64,000 nt of DNA from an uncultured Acidobacteriota bacterium (GCA_963813155.1 CAWEYG010000003.1:672001-736000); one strand, 5' to 3'. Shown: positions 1 to 9,615, counted from the stretch's first letter. Notes: generated by a model from the sequence alone, not told the origin. A program made the numbers and translations.

Positions 1-598
1 TTCTTTCACGGTCTCGGCGGCGAACGACAGGCACTCCGCCTGGGTCCTCAGCGTTCTTTGCCGGAGGCTTGAGCGAGTGGTCCCCTCCCTCGACCCAGAC
101 GACGCGAATCGCGGAGGAGAGCCGGTAGGACACGACGTCGGCCTTCGAACCGAGGGCGTCGCGGGTGCCCTGGATGATGAGGGTTGGCGTCCGCAGAGCC
201 GCAAGGTGCTCGGTGCGCAGGCGCTCCGGTTTTCCGGGAGGGTGAAACGGATACCCGAGACAGACGAGCGCGCGGACTCCCGCCTCGTCGGCGACCATGC
301 TCGCGATGCGGCCTCCCATCGACTTGCCGCCGATCGCGAGCTTCTCCGGTCCGAAGTGCCCGATGACCTCCAGCCAGCTCTTCCGGAGGACCGCCGGCGG
401 ATCGGGCGCGCCCTTCTTTCCCGATTCCCGGCGCCTCTGCATGTAGGGAAATTCGAACCGGACGACGCGGATCCCGTTCCCCGCGATCTCTTCGGCCATC
501 GTCTCGAGGAACGGCGAGTCCATCGCCGCCCCGGCGCCGTGCGCGAGAACCAGGGTGAGCCGCGGGCGGGCGGGGCCGTTCGAGAGGAACGGGATCAT
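1..598 (-). CDS. Alpha/beta-fold hydrolase (KANL3/Tex30-like family), runs off the window edge; probable frameshift near 55-65
   Basis: Not in the ORF track. My translation from ATG 598: MIPFLSNGPARPRLTLVLAHGAGAAMDSPFL...GGKSMGGRIAS...LGYPFHPPGKP...QGTRDALG...GGDHSLK. It has the G-x-S-x-G nucleophile elbow plus the Asp and His triad motifs. Confidence 0.85.
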   Translation of the reverse strand, partial: MIPFLSNGPARPRLTLVLAHGAGAAMDSPFLETMAEEIAGNGIRVVRFEFPYMQRRRESGKKGAPDPPAVLRKSWLEVIGHFGPEKLAIGGKSMGGRIASMVADEAGVRALVCLGYPFHPPGKPERLRTEHLAALRTPTLIIQGTRDALGSKADVVSYRLSSAIRVVWVEGGDHSLKPPAKNAEDPGGVPVVRRRDRER

Positions 599-636
599 CC
601 GCGAATCGTACACCGCGCCATATACTCCGCAAGCCG

Positions 637-1620
637 ATGAAGCTCGTCGTCCAGATCCCCGCGTTCAACGAGGAAGGGTCGCTCGCCGCCGCGATCGCGG
701 CGCTGCCGAAAAGCGTCGAAGGCTTCGATTCGGTCGAGGTCCTCGTGATCGACGACGGATCGTCGGACGGCACCTCGGAGGTCGCCCGCCGGTCGGGCGC
801 CGCCGAAGTCGTGCGCTTTCCCGCGCACCGGGGGCTCGCGGCCGCGTTCACCGCCGGCATCGAAGCGAGCCTGCGCCGGGGGGCCGACTGCATCGTGAAC
901 TTCGACGCCGACAACCAGTACGTCGCGGCCGACCTTCCGCTCCTCGTCGCGCCGATCCTGCGGGGCGAGGCGGACCTCGTCGTGGGTGACCGCCAGACCC
1001 ACCGGATTCCCCATTTCTCCCCGGCGAAGAAGTTCCTGCAGGCGGCAGGGTCCTGGGTCGTGCGGCAGGCCTCCTCGACGAACGTCCCGGACGCGACGTC
1101 CGGCTTCCGGGCGCTGTCCCGCCACGCGGCGGAATCCGTCCACGTCTTCTCGAGGCTGACGTACACGTTGGAGACGCTGATCCAGGCGGGCTCGAAGGGC
1201 CTGCGCATCGCCTCGGTCCCGGTGCGAACGAATCCGCCCGTCCGCCCGTCGAGGCTCATCCCCTCGACCGCGAAATACGTCGCGCTCTCCGGCGCGAACA
1301 TCCTGCGGATCACGGCGCTGTACAAGCCGCTGAAGGTCTTCTCGGCCGCCGCCGCGCTTTTCCTCGCGTCGGGCCTCGCGCTCGTGCTCCGGTACGGCTG
1401 GCTCTACGCGACGGGACGGAATCCCGCGGGGCACGTCCAGTCGCTCATCGTCGCGGCGATCCTCATCGTCGTCGGCGCCCAGACGTTCCTGATCGCGCTG
1501 CTCGCGGACCTCGTGTCGATCAACCGGACGCTGCTGGAGGAGTTGAAGGAGCGTGCTTCCGGATCTAGTACCATTTCCCCGGCTGCCGGTTCAGAACGGT
1601 CGAATCCGTTAGCACGTTGA
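637..1620 (+). CDS. Glycosyltransferase family 2 (DPM1/GtrB-like) with C-terminal TM helices
   Basis: IPAFNEE, VIDDGSSDGT, FDADNQY (DxD), DATSGFR motifs; two hydrophobic helices at the C-terminus. Confidence 0.9.
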   Translation: MKLVVQIPAFNEEGSLAAAIAALPKSVEGFDSVEVLVIDDGSSDGTSEVARRSGAAEVVRFPAHRGLAAAFTAGIEASLRRGADCIVNFDADNQYVAADLPLLVAPILRGEADLVVGDRQTHRIPHFSPAKKFLQAAGSWVVRQASSTNVPDATSGFRALSRHAAESVHVFSRLTYTLETLIQAGSKGLRIASVPVRTNPPVRPSRLIPSTAKYVALSGANILRITALYKPLKVFSAAAALFLASGLALVLRYGWLYATGRNPAGHVQSLIVAAILIVVGAQTFLIALLADLVSINRTLLEELKERASGSSTISPAAGSERSNPLAR

Positions 1621-2143
1621 ACGCCTGCGCCCCGGTGTCCGCGAGCGAATAGAGGATCCGCGCGTCCTTTTTGATGATTCCGTCCGCGATGCAGCGCTCG
1701 AATTGGGCCATGAGCGCGTCGTAGAAGCCGTGGCTGTTCACGAAAACGATCGGCTTGTTGTGGATCCCCATCTGTTTCCACGTGAGCATCTCGAAAAACT
1801 CTTCCATGGTCCCGAAACCGCCCGGAAAGGCGACGAACGCGTCCGAGGCCTTGAACATCTCGGCCTTGCGTTCGTGCATCGTTTCGACGACCTTCAACTC
1901 GGTCAAGCCGGGGTGCGCGACTTCGCGGGAGATCAGCGCTCTCGGGATCACGCCGAGCACTTCGCCGCCGGCCGAAAGGACCGAGTCGGCCAGCGCGCCC
2001 ATCACGCCGACGGATGCGCCCCCGTACACGAGCCGCCAGCCGCGCGAAGCGAGTCCCTTTCCGAACTCCCGGGCCTCGTCGTTCAACCAGGCCGGAGCGC
2101 CCGTGGAAGCCGCGCAATAGACGCACACGGATCGAATCTCCAA
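1565..2143 (-). CDS. LOG family nucleotide 5'-monophosphate phosphoribohydrolase (TIGR00730-like)
   Basis: VCVYC, LVYGG..GVMG, MHERK and PGGFGTMEE (PGGxGTxxE) signature. Confidence 0.92.
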   Translation of the reverse strand: MEIRSVCVYCAASTGAPAWLNDEAREFGKGLASRGWRLVYGGASVGVMGALADSVLSAGGEVLGVIPRALISREVAHPGLTELKVVETMHERKAEMFKASDAFVAFPGGFGTMEEFFEMLTWKQMGIHNKPIVFVNSHGFYDALMAQFERCIADGIIKKDARILYSLADTGAQAFNVLTDSTVLNRQPGKWY

Positions 2144-2159
2144 GGGACCTCTCTCTATC

Positions 2160-2739
2160 TCATCGGGGAGCCGCCGCCGCGTGGCGACTCCCGGGCGATT
2201 CGACCGGAAAACCCTCCGCGCACAGCGGGCACTGGTCGGCGGGCCACGCCGGAACCTGCAGCGAAAGAAGCGACTTCGTTTCCACCGGAAGCGCGCCGGC
2301 CGGGAGCCCGCGGTCGACGATCGAGCCGGCCGCGACGACCGAGCCTCCGAGCTGCCCGATCGCCTCGATCGTCTCGCGCGTGGATTTTCCCGTCGTGAAG
2401 ACGTCCTCGACGACCGCGACCCGTTCCGAGGGCTCGAGCCGGAAACCCCGGCGAAGCTGCATCCGCCCGTCCTTGCGCTCCGTGAACAGCGCGCGCACGC
2501 CGAGAGCGCGGGCGACCTCGTGCCCGATGATCACGCCGCCGAGCGCGGGAGACACGACGACGCCCGCCTGGGAAAGGACGCAGTTCCTGCGCAAGGAGCC
2601 GTCCGATCCGCTCCGCGCGGTCGGGCCACTGGAGGAGTGTCGCGCACTGCAGGTAGCGGTCGCTATGGAGGCCGGAGGAGAGCTGGAAATGGCCCGAGAG
2701 CAACGCTCCCGTCTCCTGGAACTCCTTCAACAGGTCCAC
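2160..2739 (-). CDS. pyrE: Orotate phosphoribosyltransferase, split by a single-base frameshift near 2572
   Basis: N-half GHFQLSSGLHSDRYLQC is in ORF 2155..2739. C-half VSPALGG...FTERKDG...VVEDVFTTGKS (PRPP motif)...CPLC...PGSR is in ORF 2160..2594. Confidence 0.9.
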
Positions 2740-2777
2740 TCCGGGAATCCTACACCACCGGATACAATCCGTTCCGC

Positions 2778-3173
2778 ATGAGCGACTACACCGAAGACCA
2801 CGCGAAATCCGGCATCGCCGCGCCGCTTCCGGCGATCGAAACGTGGCCGAACCAGTATCCCGACTACGAGATCGCCGTCGAGGTCCCCGAGTACAACGCG
2901 ATCTGCCCGAAGACCGGCCTCCCCGACTTCGGGGCGCTCGCGATCCGCTACGTTCCCGACCGCCTCTGCCTGGAGCTCAAGTCGCTGAAGCTCTACATCG
3001 TGGCGTACCGCAACGTCGGCATCTTCTACGAGAACGCCGTCAACCGGATCCTGCGAGACTGCGTGGAAGCGTGCCGCCCGAAACGGATGTCGATCACCGG
3101 GACGTTCTCCTCGCGCGGCGGCATCAGCTCGACGATCGAAGCGCGCTACGCCGACGGGAAGTTCTCGGTCTGA
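2778..3173 (+). CDS. queF: NADPH-dependent 7-cyano-7-deazaguanine reductase (preQ1 synthase), type I
   Basis: CPKTGLPDF catalytic Cys/Asp, QueF motif ELKSLKLY, C-terminal RGGI. ATG at 2778. Confidence 0.93.
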   Translation: MSDYTEDHAKSGIAAPLPAIETWPNQYPDYEIAVEVPEYNAICPKTGLPDFGALAIRYVPDRLCLELKSLKLYIVAYRNVGIFYENAVNRILRDCVEACRPKRMSITGTFSSRGGISSTIEARYADGKFSV

Positions 3174-4321
3174 TGTCCCGAACGGGAAAGAGGCCCCTCG
3201 AGGGAACTCTCGTCCTCGACCTCTCGCGCGTTCTCGCGGGCCCGTATTGCTCGATGATGCTCGCGGACCTCGGCGCGCGGGTCCTCAAGGTCGAGCATCC
3301 CGAAGGAGGCGACACGACGCGCGGCTGGGGGCCGCCGTTCGACGGCTCGGGAGAGTCCGCCTACTACCTCTCGATCAACCGCAACAAAGAGTCCATCGTG
3401 CTGGACCTCGGGACGGAGGTGGGCCGGCGATCCGTCGAGATCCTCGCGGGTCGCGCGGACGTCCTCCTCGAGAACTTCGCTCCCGGCGCTCTCGACCGGC
3501 TCGGCCTTTCGCTCGAAGCGCTGCGGCACGCGAACCCCCGCCTCATTACGGGGTCGGTCACCGGGTTCGGGCGCGTCGGGCCCGATCGCGACTGCGTCGG
3601 CTTCGATCTCCTCGCCCAGGCGGGCGCGGGGTTGATGTGGGTCACGGGAGATCCCGAAGGGCCGCCCCAGAAGGTCGGCATGGCCGTGTCGGACGTGATC
3701 GCCGGCTATAACCTGGCGGTCGGCGTCCTCGCGGCGCTCGTCGAGCGCGGCGCGACGGGAAAGGGAACGGCGGTCGAGGTCGACCTCTTCTCTTCCACGG
3801 TCGCAATGCTCCCGAACTACACGCAGGCATGCCTCGTTTCGGGCGAGGAGGCCCGCCGGTTCGGAACGGGCCACGGCCAGATCGTTCCGTACCAGATGTT
3901 CGAGACCTCCGACGGGGAGTTCATCCTCGCCGTCGGAACGGAGCGGCAGTTCAAGAACCTCTGCGAGAAGGTCCTCCGCAAAAACGAGTGGAGCCGCGAT
4001 CCCCGCTATTCGACGAATGCGGCGAGGGTCGCGAACCGCGGCGCGCTCATCCCCGCCTTGCAGGAGGTTTTTCGGACGGGGACGCGTGAGGAATGGCTGC
4101 GCCGTTGCCGCGACGCCTCCGTTCCCGCGGGCCCCGTGCGCGGTCCGCTCGAGGCGCTCCGCTCGCCGCAGGCGGAAGCCCTCGGCCTCGTCCGGGGCTC
4201 GGAAGAATTTCGAACCGTCGCGTCGCCGATCCGGTTCGCGGAGAGCGAAGCGCCGCTCGCGCGGCCCCCGAGGCTCGGCGAGCAGACGGAAAGCATCAAG
4301 AAAGAATTCGGGCTGCCCTAG
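3173..4321 (+). CDS. CaiB/BaiF family III CoA-transferase
   Basis: LDLSRVLAGPY, LADLGARVLKVE, NRNKES, ENF.PG, PPRLGE. ATG overlaps the queF stop (TGATG). Confidence 0.92.
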   Translation: MSRTGKRPLEGTLVLDLSRVLAGPYCSMMLADLGARVLKVEHPEGGDTTRGWGPPFDGSGESAYYLSINRNKESIVLDLGTEVGRRSVEILAGRADVLLENFAPGALDRLGLSLEALRHANPRLITGSVTGFGRVGPDRDCVGFDLLAQAGAGLMWVTGDPEGPPQKVGMAVSDVIAGYNLAVGVLAALVERGATGKGTAVEVDLFSSTVAMLPNYTQACLVSGEEARRFGTGHGQIVPYQMFETSDGEFILAVGTERQFKNLCEKVLRKNEWSRDPRYSTNAARVANRGALIPALQEVFRTGTREEWLRRCRDASVPAGPVRGPLEALRSPQAEALGLVRGSEEFRTVASPIRFAESEAPLARPPRLGEQTESIKKEFGLP

Positions 4322-6066
4322 GGCCGGCGCTGCAGACGATTCCGCGGCCCGGAGCCGAGCGGCGAATGTTTGCCGATGTAGGCGGCGAACACGTCCACGT
4401 CGCGATTGCCTGCCGTCGGATCGCTCCCTTCTTTCGCGACGGCCAGTCCGTCTCCTCCCGACCACAGGTAGTCGGGCATCGCAACCCGGTAGCGGGCCGC
4501 CGGCGCCACGATCCGGCCGTTAATCGTGATCGACGCCCCGTCCACCCGGCGCCCCCTGGGCTGCGAAAGGCTGTACGAATACCCGAATCCGTTCGAAACC
4601 TGCAGCATCGTGTTCTGGCCGGGCCGCGGATTGTCGAACTGTTGCTCGAGCAGGCGTCGGAGGGCATTGCCGGACAGCGTCTTCACGATGACGACGTTTC
4701 CGAATGGCAGCACGTTGAAGGCGTCCGAATACGTGACCGCACTCGCCTCCCCCGAGCCGGACGCCGACTCCCGGGTGAGATCGGCTCGAAGGCCTCCCGG
4801 ATTCATCAACGCGACGACAGCCTCCCCGCTTTCCGGGTCGCTGGCCGCGTCCAGCATGCTGTCGGCGACGACGTCTCCGAGGGCCGACTCGCCGGCCTCG
4901 TTGAGCGTTCGGAGAATGCTCGTGGAAATCGAGCCGACAGGGCGGTTTCCGATCTTCGCCGCAAAGGGGCGATAGCGGTCGAGCAGTGCGGTCTCGCCCG
5001 CGTCTTTGACGACGTCGCGAGTGACGACGACGTTGTGCGCGCTCTTCGACACGACCCTGCCGGTACGGCGATCGATTCGAAGGTCGATGTCGGTAATGAG
5101 CCGCCCGAACGACTCGGCGCTCGTCACGAGTTTCGTCCCGATCCTGCAGTTGTACGCCCGGTGGGTGTGACCCGAGACGACGACATCGATGTCCTCCGAC
5201 ATGCTCTGCACGATCGGCACAATCGCGCCCGACAGGGATTGGCACGCGTCGGGGTCGTCGCCCTCCTGCTTCCCGCCCTGGTGAATCAGAACGACGATCG
5301 CGCGAACTCCCTGGCGGCGAAGACCTGCGGCGACGGCATTGGCCGTTCTCGCCTCCGGGGCGAAGGACAGCCCCTTCATTCCGGCTGGCGCCACGATCCG
5401 AGGCGCGCCTTCGAGGGTGAGACCGATGAACCCGATCTTCACCCCGCCGACCTCCTTCACCATCGACGGCGGAAACAGCGTGGCCGGGCGATGGTTCGAG
5501 CTTTTCCACCCGCTCTTCGCCAGCGCCCGGGAGTCGACGCGGAGAGGATCGAGGACGATGTTGGCCGACAGAAATTCGAACCTCGCTCCGTCGAACGGCG
5601 TCCCGCCCTGGCAGCCGTCGACCGGATGACAGCCGCCCTTCTGCAGGCGATAGAGCTCCGACCATCCTTCATCGAGCTCGTGGTTGCCGACCGCCGAAAC
5701 CTGCAGCCCCGCTGCGCCGAGCGCCTCGATCGTCGGCTCGTCGTGAAACATGCTCGACAGCAGCGGTGCCGCGCCGATGTTGTCGCCGGCAGAAACGACG
5801 ATCGTGTTCGGATTGGCCGCCTTCAGCGTGGCCAGGTGCGTCGCGAGGTACTCGATGCCGCCCGCTTCCGTTGCTCCCATTCGGCCATTCGAACCCGACG
5901 GAGGTTCGAGGTTTCCGTGAAAATCGTTGATCGCGAGCAGCTGAACCTCAACGGTGCCGGCCTCCGGTGCGGGCTGGGCCCTTGCCACCGGAAGCGCCGC
6001 GAGGATCGTGAGCCCGAGCGATCCGAAAAACCTCCGAAAAGCAGAGACGATCGTCGGTGACGCCAC
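4318..6066 (-). CDS. Secreted bifunctional metallophosphatase/5'-nucleotidase
   Basis: Signal peptide; NDFHG, AGDN, GNHE, GHTH metallophosphoesterase motifs; C-terminal NPGGLR and VLPFGN. Confidence 0.92.
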   Translation of the reverse strand: MASPTIVSAFRRFFGSLGLTILAALPVARAQPAPEAGTVEVQLLAINDFHGNLEPPSGSNGRMGATEAGGIEYLATHLATLKAANPNTIVVSAGDNIGAAPLLSSMFHDEPTIEALGAAGLQVSAVGNHELDEGWSELYRLQKGGCHPVDGCQGGTPFDGARFEFLSANIVLDPLRVDSRALAKSGWKSSNHRPATLFPPSMVKEVGGVKIGFIGLTLEGAPRIVAPAGMKGLSFAPEARTANAVAAGLRRQGVRAIVVLIHQGGKQEGDDPDACQSLSGAIVPIVQSMSEDIDVVVSGHTHRAYNCRIGTKLVTSAESFGRLITDIDLRIDRRTGRVVSKSAHNVVVTRDVVKDAGETALLDRYRPFAAKIGNRPVGSISTSILRTLNEAGESALGDVVADSMLDAASDPESGEAVVALMNPGGLRADLTRESASGSGEASAVTYSDAFNVLPFGNVVIVKTLSGNALRRLLEQQFDNPRPGQNTMLQVSNGFGYSYSLSQPRGRRVDGASITINGRIVAPAARYRVAMPDYLWSGGDGLAVAKEGSDPTAGNRDVDVFAAYIGKHSPLGSGPRNRLQRRP

Positions 6067-6069
6067 CCG

Positions 6070-6996
6070 TCACGCCGACCCGTACAGCGGCGTGCTCAGG
6101 TACTTCATCCCGGAATCGACCGCGATGGTCACGACGGTCTTGCCGGCCCCCAATCGCGCCGCGACCCGCAGCGCGACGGTCACATTGCCGCCCGTGGACG
6201 TCCCGGCGAAGATGCCTTCCTCGCGCGCGAGCCGCCGGGCGGTCGCCATCGCTTCCGCCGTCGAGACCGTCTGAATCTCGTCGGCCAGGCCCTCGACCCA
6301 GAGCGGCGAGACAAAACCGGGCCCGACGCCCTCGATCTTGTGCGAACCGGTCGGCCCGCCCGAGAGCACGGCAGACTCCGCCGGCTCCACGGCGACGACA
6401 CGCACGGAAGGGTCGTGCGACCGGAGACGCGTCGAAATTCCCCTCAGGGAACCCGCGGTGCCGACGCTCTGCACGAAGGCGCTCACGCTTCCATTCGTCT
6501 GCGCCCGAATCTCCTCCGCCATCTGCTCGTAGCTCGGGAGCTGATCCCGGTTGTTCAACTGGTCGGTCCAGTAGCTCCCGGGCGCCGACGCGAGTTTTCT
6601 CGCCGCCTCGATCATCTCCTCGATCAGGGCCTTCGTCGTTCCTCCGGTCGGGCTGCGCACGAGCGTGAGGCGGGCGCCGAGCGCCGCCATGTGGTCCCGT
6701 TTCTCGCGGCTGAAGGCGTCCGAGGTCACGATCTGAAGCGGAATGCGCTTCGCGGCGCACACGAACGCGAGCGATACTCCCGTGCTCCCGCCCGTGTACT
6801 CGACGACGGAGCCGCCCGGCCGAAGCCGCCCGTCGGCCTCCGCGGTCTCCACCATCGCGAGGGCCATCCGGTCCTTCATGCTCCCGGTTGGATTTTCGAA
6901 TTCCAGCTTCAGGAGGATCTCGGCGCTTCCTTCCGGCACCATGTGCCGCAGCGGAAGGATCCTCGTGCGGCCGATCGTCTCGAGCAGCTTCATCAT
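6070..6996 (-). CDS. Cysteine synthase family PLP-dependent enzyme (CysK/CysM-like)
   Basis: KLEFENPTGSMKDR (PLP lysine), VGTAGS, HKIEGVG, EEGIFAG, DSGMKYLS. Confidence 0.9.
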   Translation of the reverse strand: MMKLLETIGRTRILPLRHMVPEGSAEILLKLEFENPTGSMKDRMALAMVETAEADGRLRPGGSVVEYTGGSTGVSLAFVCAAKRIPLQIVTSDAFSREKRDHMAALGARLTLVRSPTGGTTKALIEEMIEAARKLASAPGSYWTDQLNNRDQLPSYEQMAEEIRAQTNGSVSAFVQSVGTAGSLRGISTRLRSHDPSVRVVAVEPAESAVLSGGPTGSHKIEGVGPGFVSPLWVEGLADEIQTVSTAEAMATARRLAREEGIFAGTSTGGNVTVALRVAARLGAGKTVVTIAVDSGMKYLSTPLYGSA

Positions 6997-7031
6997 CGAA
7001 TCTTCATTTTACGGCGAGCGCGGCCGCGCCT

Positions 7032-7313
7032 CTAGCTTTGGTGGTGCCGAAGGATCTCGTCGATGTCCTGGACTGAGAACGCGTTGAGCTGAACGATGTT
7101 CGCCTGGTCGCGGAACGCCGGAGGAACGATGGCGCGCGCCTCTTCCTTGCTATCGACCTCGACCGTCATCCAGGATTTGTGAACGCCGTCCTTGCAACCC
7201 CAGTCGGCGTGGCTCAGATAATGGGATCCGGACTCGAGGAAAACCCTGACGGCCCGCGCACAGGCCACCATGGGCTCTTCGTGGGGGACCTCGATCAGAA
7301 ATCTCGTCGCCAT
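7032..7313 (-). CDS. Small hypothetical protein (His/Cys-containing, possible dimeric alpha-beta barrel)
   Basis: 93-aa ORF with natural composition, preceded by a TACGAT box 6 nt upstream of the ATG. Confidence 0.65.
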   Translation of the reverse strand: MATRFLIEVPHEEPMVACARAVRVFLESGSHYLSHADWGCKDGVHKSWMTVEVDSKEEARAIVPPAFRDQANIVQLNAFSVQDIDEILRHHQS

Positions 7314-7333
7314 TTTCGTATCGTAGCACCGCT

Positions 7334-7489
7334 GGAAACGGCCGCAAGCAATCCCTCGAGGAGTCGCGCGTCGTTGTCTGAGCGACCGGATATGGCCGAG
7401 CCGCAGTCGGGAACCGCGGATGGCGAGGCCATCAAGACGCCGCGAGTTTCGCGCGCGCGACGAAAGGGTATTTGCGCGCGGCCGTTTCC
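7334..7489. other. Long imperfect inverted repeat enclosing internal hairpins; candidate structured RNA or MITE-like element
   Basis: GGAAACGGCCGC (7334-7345) pairs with GCGGCCGTTTCC (7478-7489) and pairing extends inward with bulges. Internal hairpin GATGGC-GAG-GCCATC. Fully intergenic. Confidence 0.5.
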
Positions 7490-7563
7490 CGAGACTGAGC
7501 TTTAGCGATCGACCGGCGCGAGCAGCATCACGACGCTAGGCCGGCGGCCACGCCTTCGTCCTT

Positions 7564-8310
7564 TCACTTTTCGGCGATCGTCGTCAACTGGGTCTGGACG
7601 CATTTCCACTGTCCGTTCTGCCGGACAAAGATGTCGGTCGAGCGCTCGCGCGTCGTGAACGCCTGCCCCTGGTAGGCGCCCGTTGTCGTCGCGCGGCCGG
7701 TGACGATCGCCGTATCGCCGTTCACCCGCACGCGCGCCTCGTCGAAGTCCATCGCGGAATGCGTCAGCGCGCCGGACTTGAGGACGGCGAGGAACGCGGA
7801 TTTCGAGATCGCCTTGCCGTCCGGGCCGTAGACGACCCAGTCGTCGCTCACGAGCCTGCCCAGCGCGTCCGCGTCCCCCTTGAGAATCGCCTCCGCAAAC
7901 CGCTTCTCGAGCGCCATCAGCTCTGCGTTCGCCGTGTCGGAAGGCGTCGCGCTCGGTCCGGCTGCCTTCAGCTCGACGATCACCATCTCCAGGTCGTCGA
8001 GCGCCTCGTCGGAATGCGTCACGGGCGGCCGGATCATCGTGTCGCCGGCCTTGAATTCCGATTCGCGCACGGTTCCGTCCGCGAGCGTCACGCGGACCCG
8101 ACCGCCCCGGATGACGTAGACGACAGTCGCGGGGTGCGAGTGGATCGGCGTCTTGTCGCCCTTCTTCGGCTCGAACTTCAGGACGCGCACCCTGTCGTCC
8201 TCCGCGAGCAGCTTCAAGTGCTTCAGCTTGTACTGCATCACGTCCTGCGAAAAAAGGACCGAGGGAACCAGCAGCAGCAGACCCGCGAGAAACCGATTCG
8301 TTGCCCTCAT
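7564..8310 (-). CDS. Secreted cupin domain + DUF4440/SnoaL-like (NTF2 fold) fusion protein
   Basis: AGGAGG SD before ATG 8310; signal peptide; cupin HSHP...H motif; C-terminal ARVRVNGDTAIVTG...TDIFVRQNGQWKCV typical of NTF2-like domains. Confidence 0.8.
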   Translation of the reverse strand: MRATNRFLAGLLLLVPSVLFSQDVMQYKLKHLKLLAEDDRVRVLKFEPKKGDKTPIHSHPATVVYVIRGGRVRVTLADGTVRESEFKAGDTMIRPPVTHSDEALDDLEMVIVELKAAGPSATPSDTANAELMALEKRFAEAILKGDADALGRLVSDDWVVYGPDGKAISKSAFLAVLKSGALTHSAMDFDEARVRVNGDTAIVTGRATTTGAYQGQAFTTRERSTDIFVRQNGQWKCVQTQLTTIAEK

Positions 8311-8401
8311 CGAAGACCTCCTTCGCCCGATTCCGGCTTTGGCCGATCTCGGGCCGGTGCTAGCATCCCTCATCCCTCACATGGGAGACAGGAGAAAACC
8401 G

Positions 8402-8884
8402 ATGCGAAACGCGACCCTGGCACTGACCATTCTCTTCGGCCTCGCGGCCGGCCAAGTTCGGGCCGCGGCCCCCAGAGCCCCGAAACCCGACGTCGGGGCG
8501 GGTCACATCGCGTGGTTCGACATCACCACCTCGGACCTCCCGCGGTCGAAAGAATTCTACGGCAAACTCTTCGACTGGCAGTTCAACGGCATGGCCGGCA
8601 CAGAGTACGCGGTCCAGATCGTCGCGGGCGGCGCCGAGATCGGGACCCTGCGGGTTGCCGAGGGGAAGATCAGCGGATTCAACGGAGTCGTGTACGTCCA
8701 GGTGAGCGACATGCAGGCCGCCTGCGCGAAAGCGACCGCCCTGGGCGGAACGGTCATTCCCGGCTTTCCGTTCAATCTGCCGGACGCGGGCGGAGCCGTG
8801 GGCCTGGCGCTGGACCCCGTCGGCCACCCGATCGGCCTGTATTCGAGGACCCCGATTCCCGCCCCGCCGCCCCCGGCGAAATGA
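8402..8884 (+). CDS. VOC/glyoxalase family protein with signal peptide
   Basis: IAWFDITTSD...KEFYGKLFDW...VYVQVSD...LDPVGHPIGL pattern; AGGAGA SD before ATG 8402. Confidence 0.85.
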   Translation: MRNATLALTILFGLAAGQVRAAAPRAPKPDVGAGHIAWFDITTSDLPRSKEFYGKLFDWQFNGMAGTEYAVQIVAGGAEIGTLRVAEGKISGFNGVVYVQVSDMQAACAKATALGGTVIPGFPFNLPDAGGAVGLALDPVGHPIGLYSRTPIPAPPPPAK

Positions 8885-8887
8885 AGT

Positions 8888-8908
8888 AGCCCGAAGTTAC
8901 TTCGGGCT
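8888..8908. terminator. Hairpin between convergent genes (possible bidirectional terminator)
   Basis: AGCCCGAAGT-T-ACTTCGGGCT perfect inverted repeat directly after the VOC stop and before the convergent stop at 8917. No long U-tract. Confidence 0.55.
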
Positions 8909-8916
8909 CTCGAACG

Positions 8917-9615
8917 TCACTTCGGCCCATTCGGCCCGGGCCCGGCGTGCTGCAGGCACACCCAGCAGGTGAGCGCGCCGTTGAAAGTCAGAGGGTCCGG
9001 AAATCCCCAGTCCTCTTCGGCGTTCGTGCCCACGAGCTGTAACGGACCCGTGAGGTAGGACGGGGGAACCGTCTCCCGGGGCACGAACGAGAACGCTGCG
9101 GGTTGGTTCCTGAGCACCGCGGTGTTCTGGCACCCGACGGGGCTGAACCTGTCCGGGGTGTTGATGTCCGTGGAAGCATTGAAGAACGAGAGGCAGAACG
9201 TCGACCGGTTAGTGACGTCGAAGCCGCCACTCAGGATCACGCTCGAGATGAAATCGCCGGGCTTGAGGTTCAAAGGGAAAAGCGGAGTCTGATACTTCGA
9301 GTACACATTGGCCGTGAAATCTGCCGCCGTGAACGTTCCGACCTTGAGGAGCCGGCCTCCCTTGCAGGCGTCCTTCAAGTCCGTGACCCAGGTCCCCGAG
9401 TTGTCCGGGTTGAGATTGCGCCACGTGCCCCCGGTCGTCTGCTGGCGAATGTCGCCCGTAGTCGGATTGAAACAGGCGCCGTCCATGCCGGGAAGGTAAA
9501 AGAAATCCGGCCCGTAGAGGGGGCAGCTGATGACGTCAGGGACGGTTGCGTGGCTGATCGAGGCAACGCCAATGAACCCCGCGATGAGAAAGAGCGACCT
9601 GAGCAGTCTGGACAT
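8917..9615 (-). CDS. Secreted Cys-rich hypothetical protein
   Basis: ATG 9615 (MSRLLRSLFLIAG...SHA signal peptide); several Cys; lower GC than the flanks; N-terminal CPLYGPDFFYLPG...C motif. Confidence 0.7.
   Translation of the reverse strand: MSRLLRSLFLIAGFIGVASISHATVPDVISCPLYGPDFFYLPGMDGACFNPTTGDIRQQTTGGTWRNLNPDNSGTWVTDLKDACKGGRLLKVGTFTAADFTANVYSKYQTPLFPLNLKPGDFISSVILSGGFDVTNRSTFCLSFFNASTDINTPDRFSPVGCQNTAVLRNQPAAFSFVPRETVPPSYLTGPLQLVGTNAEEDWGFPDPLTFNGALTCWVCLQHAGPGPNGPK

Noticed and set aside
2740-2777. preQ1 riboswitch upstream of queF
   Set aside because: The gap is only 38 bp, holds two divergent -10 boxes, and has no preQ1 stem or A-rich tail.
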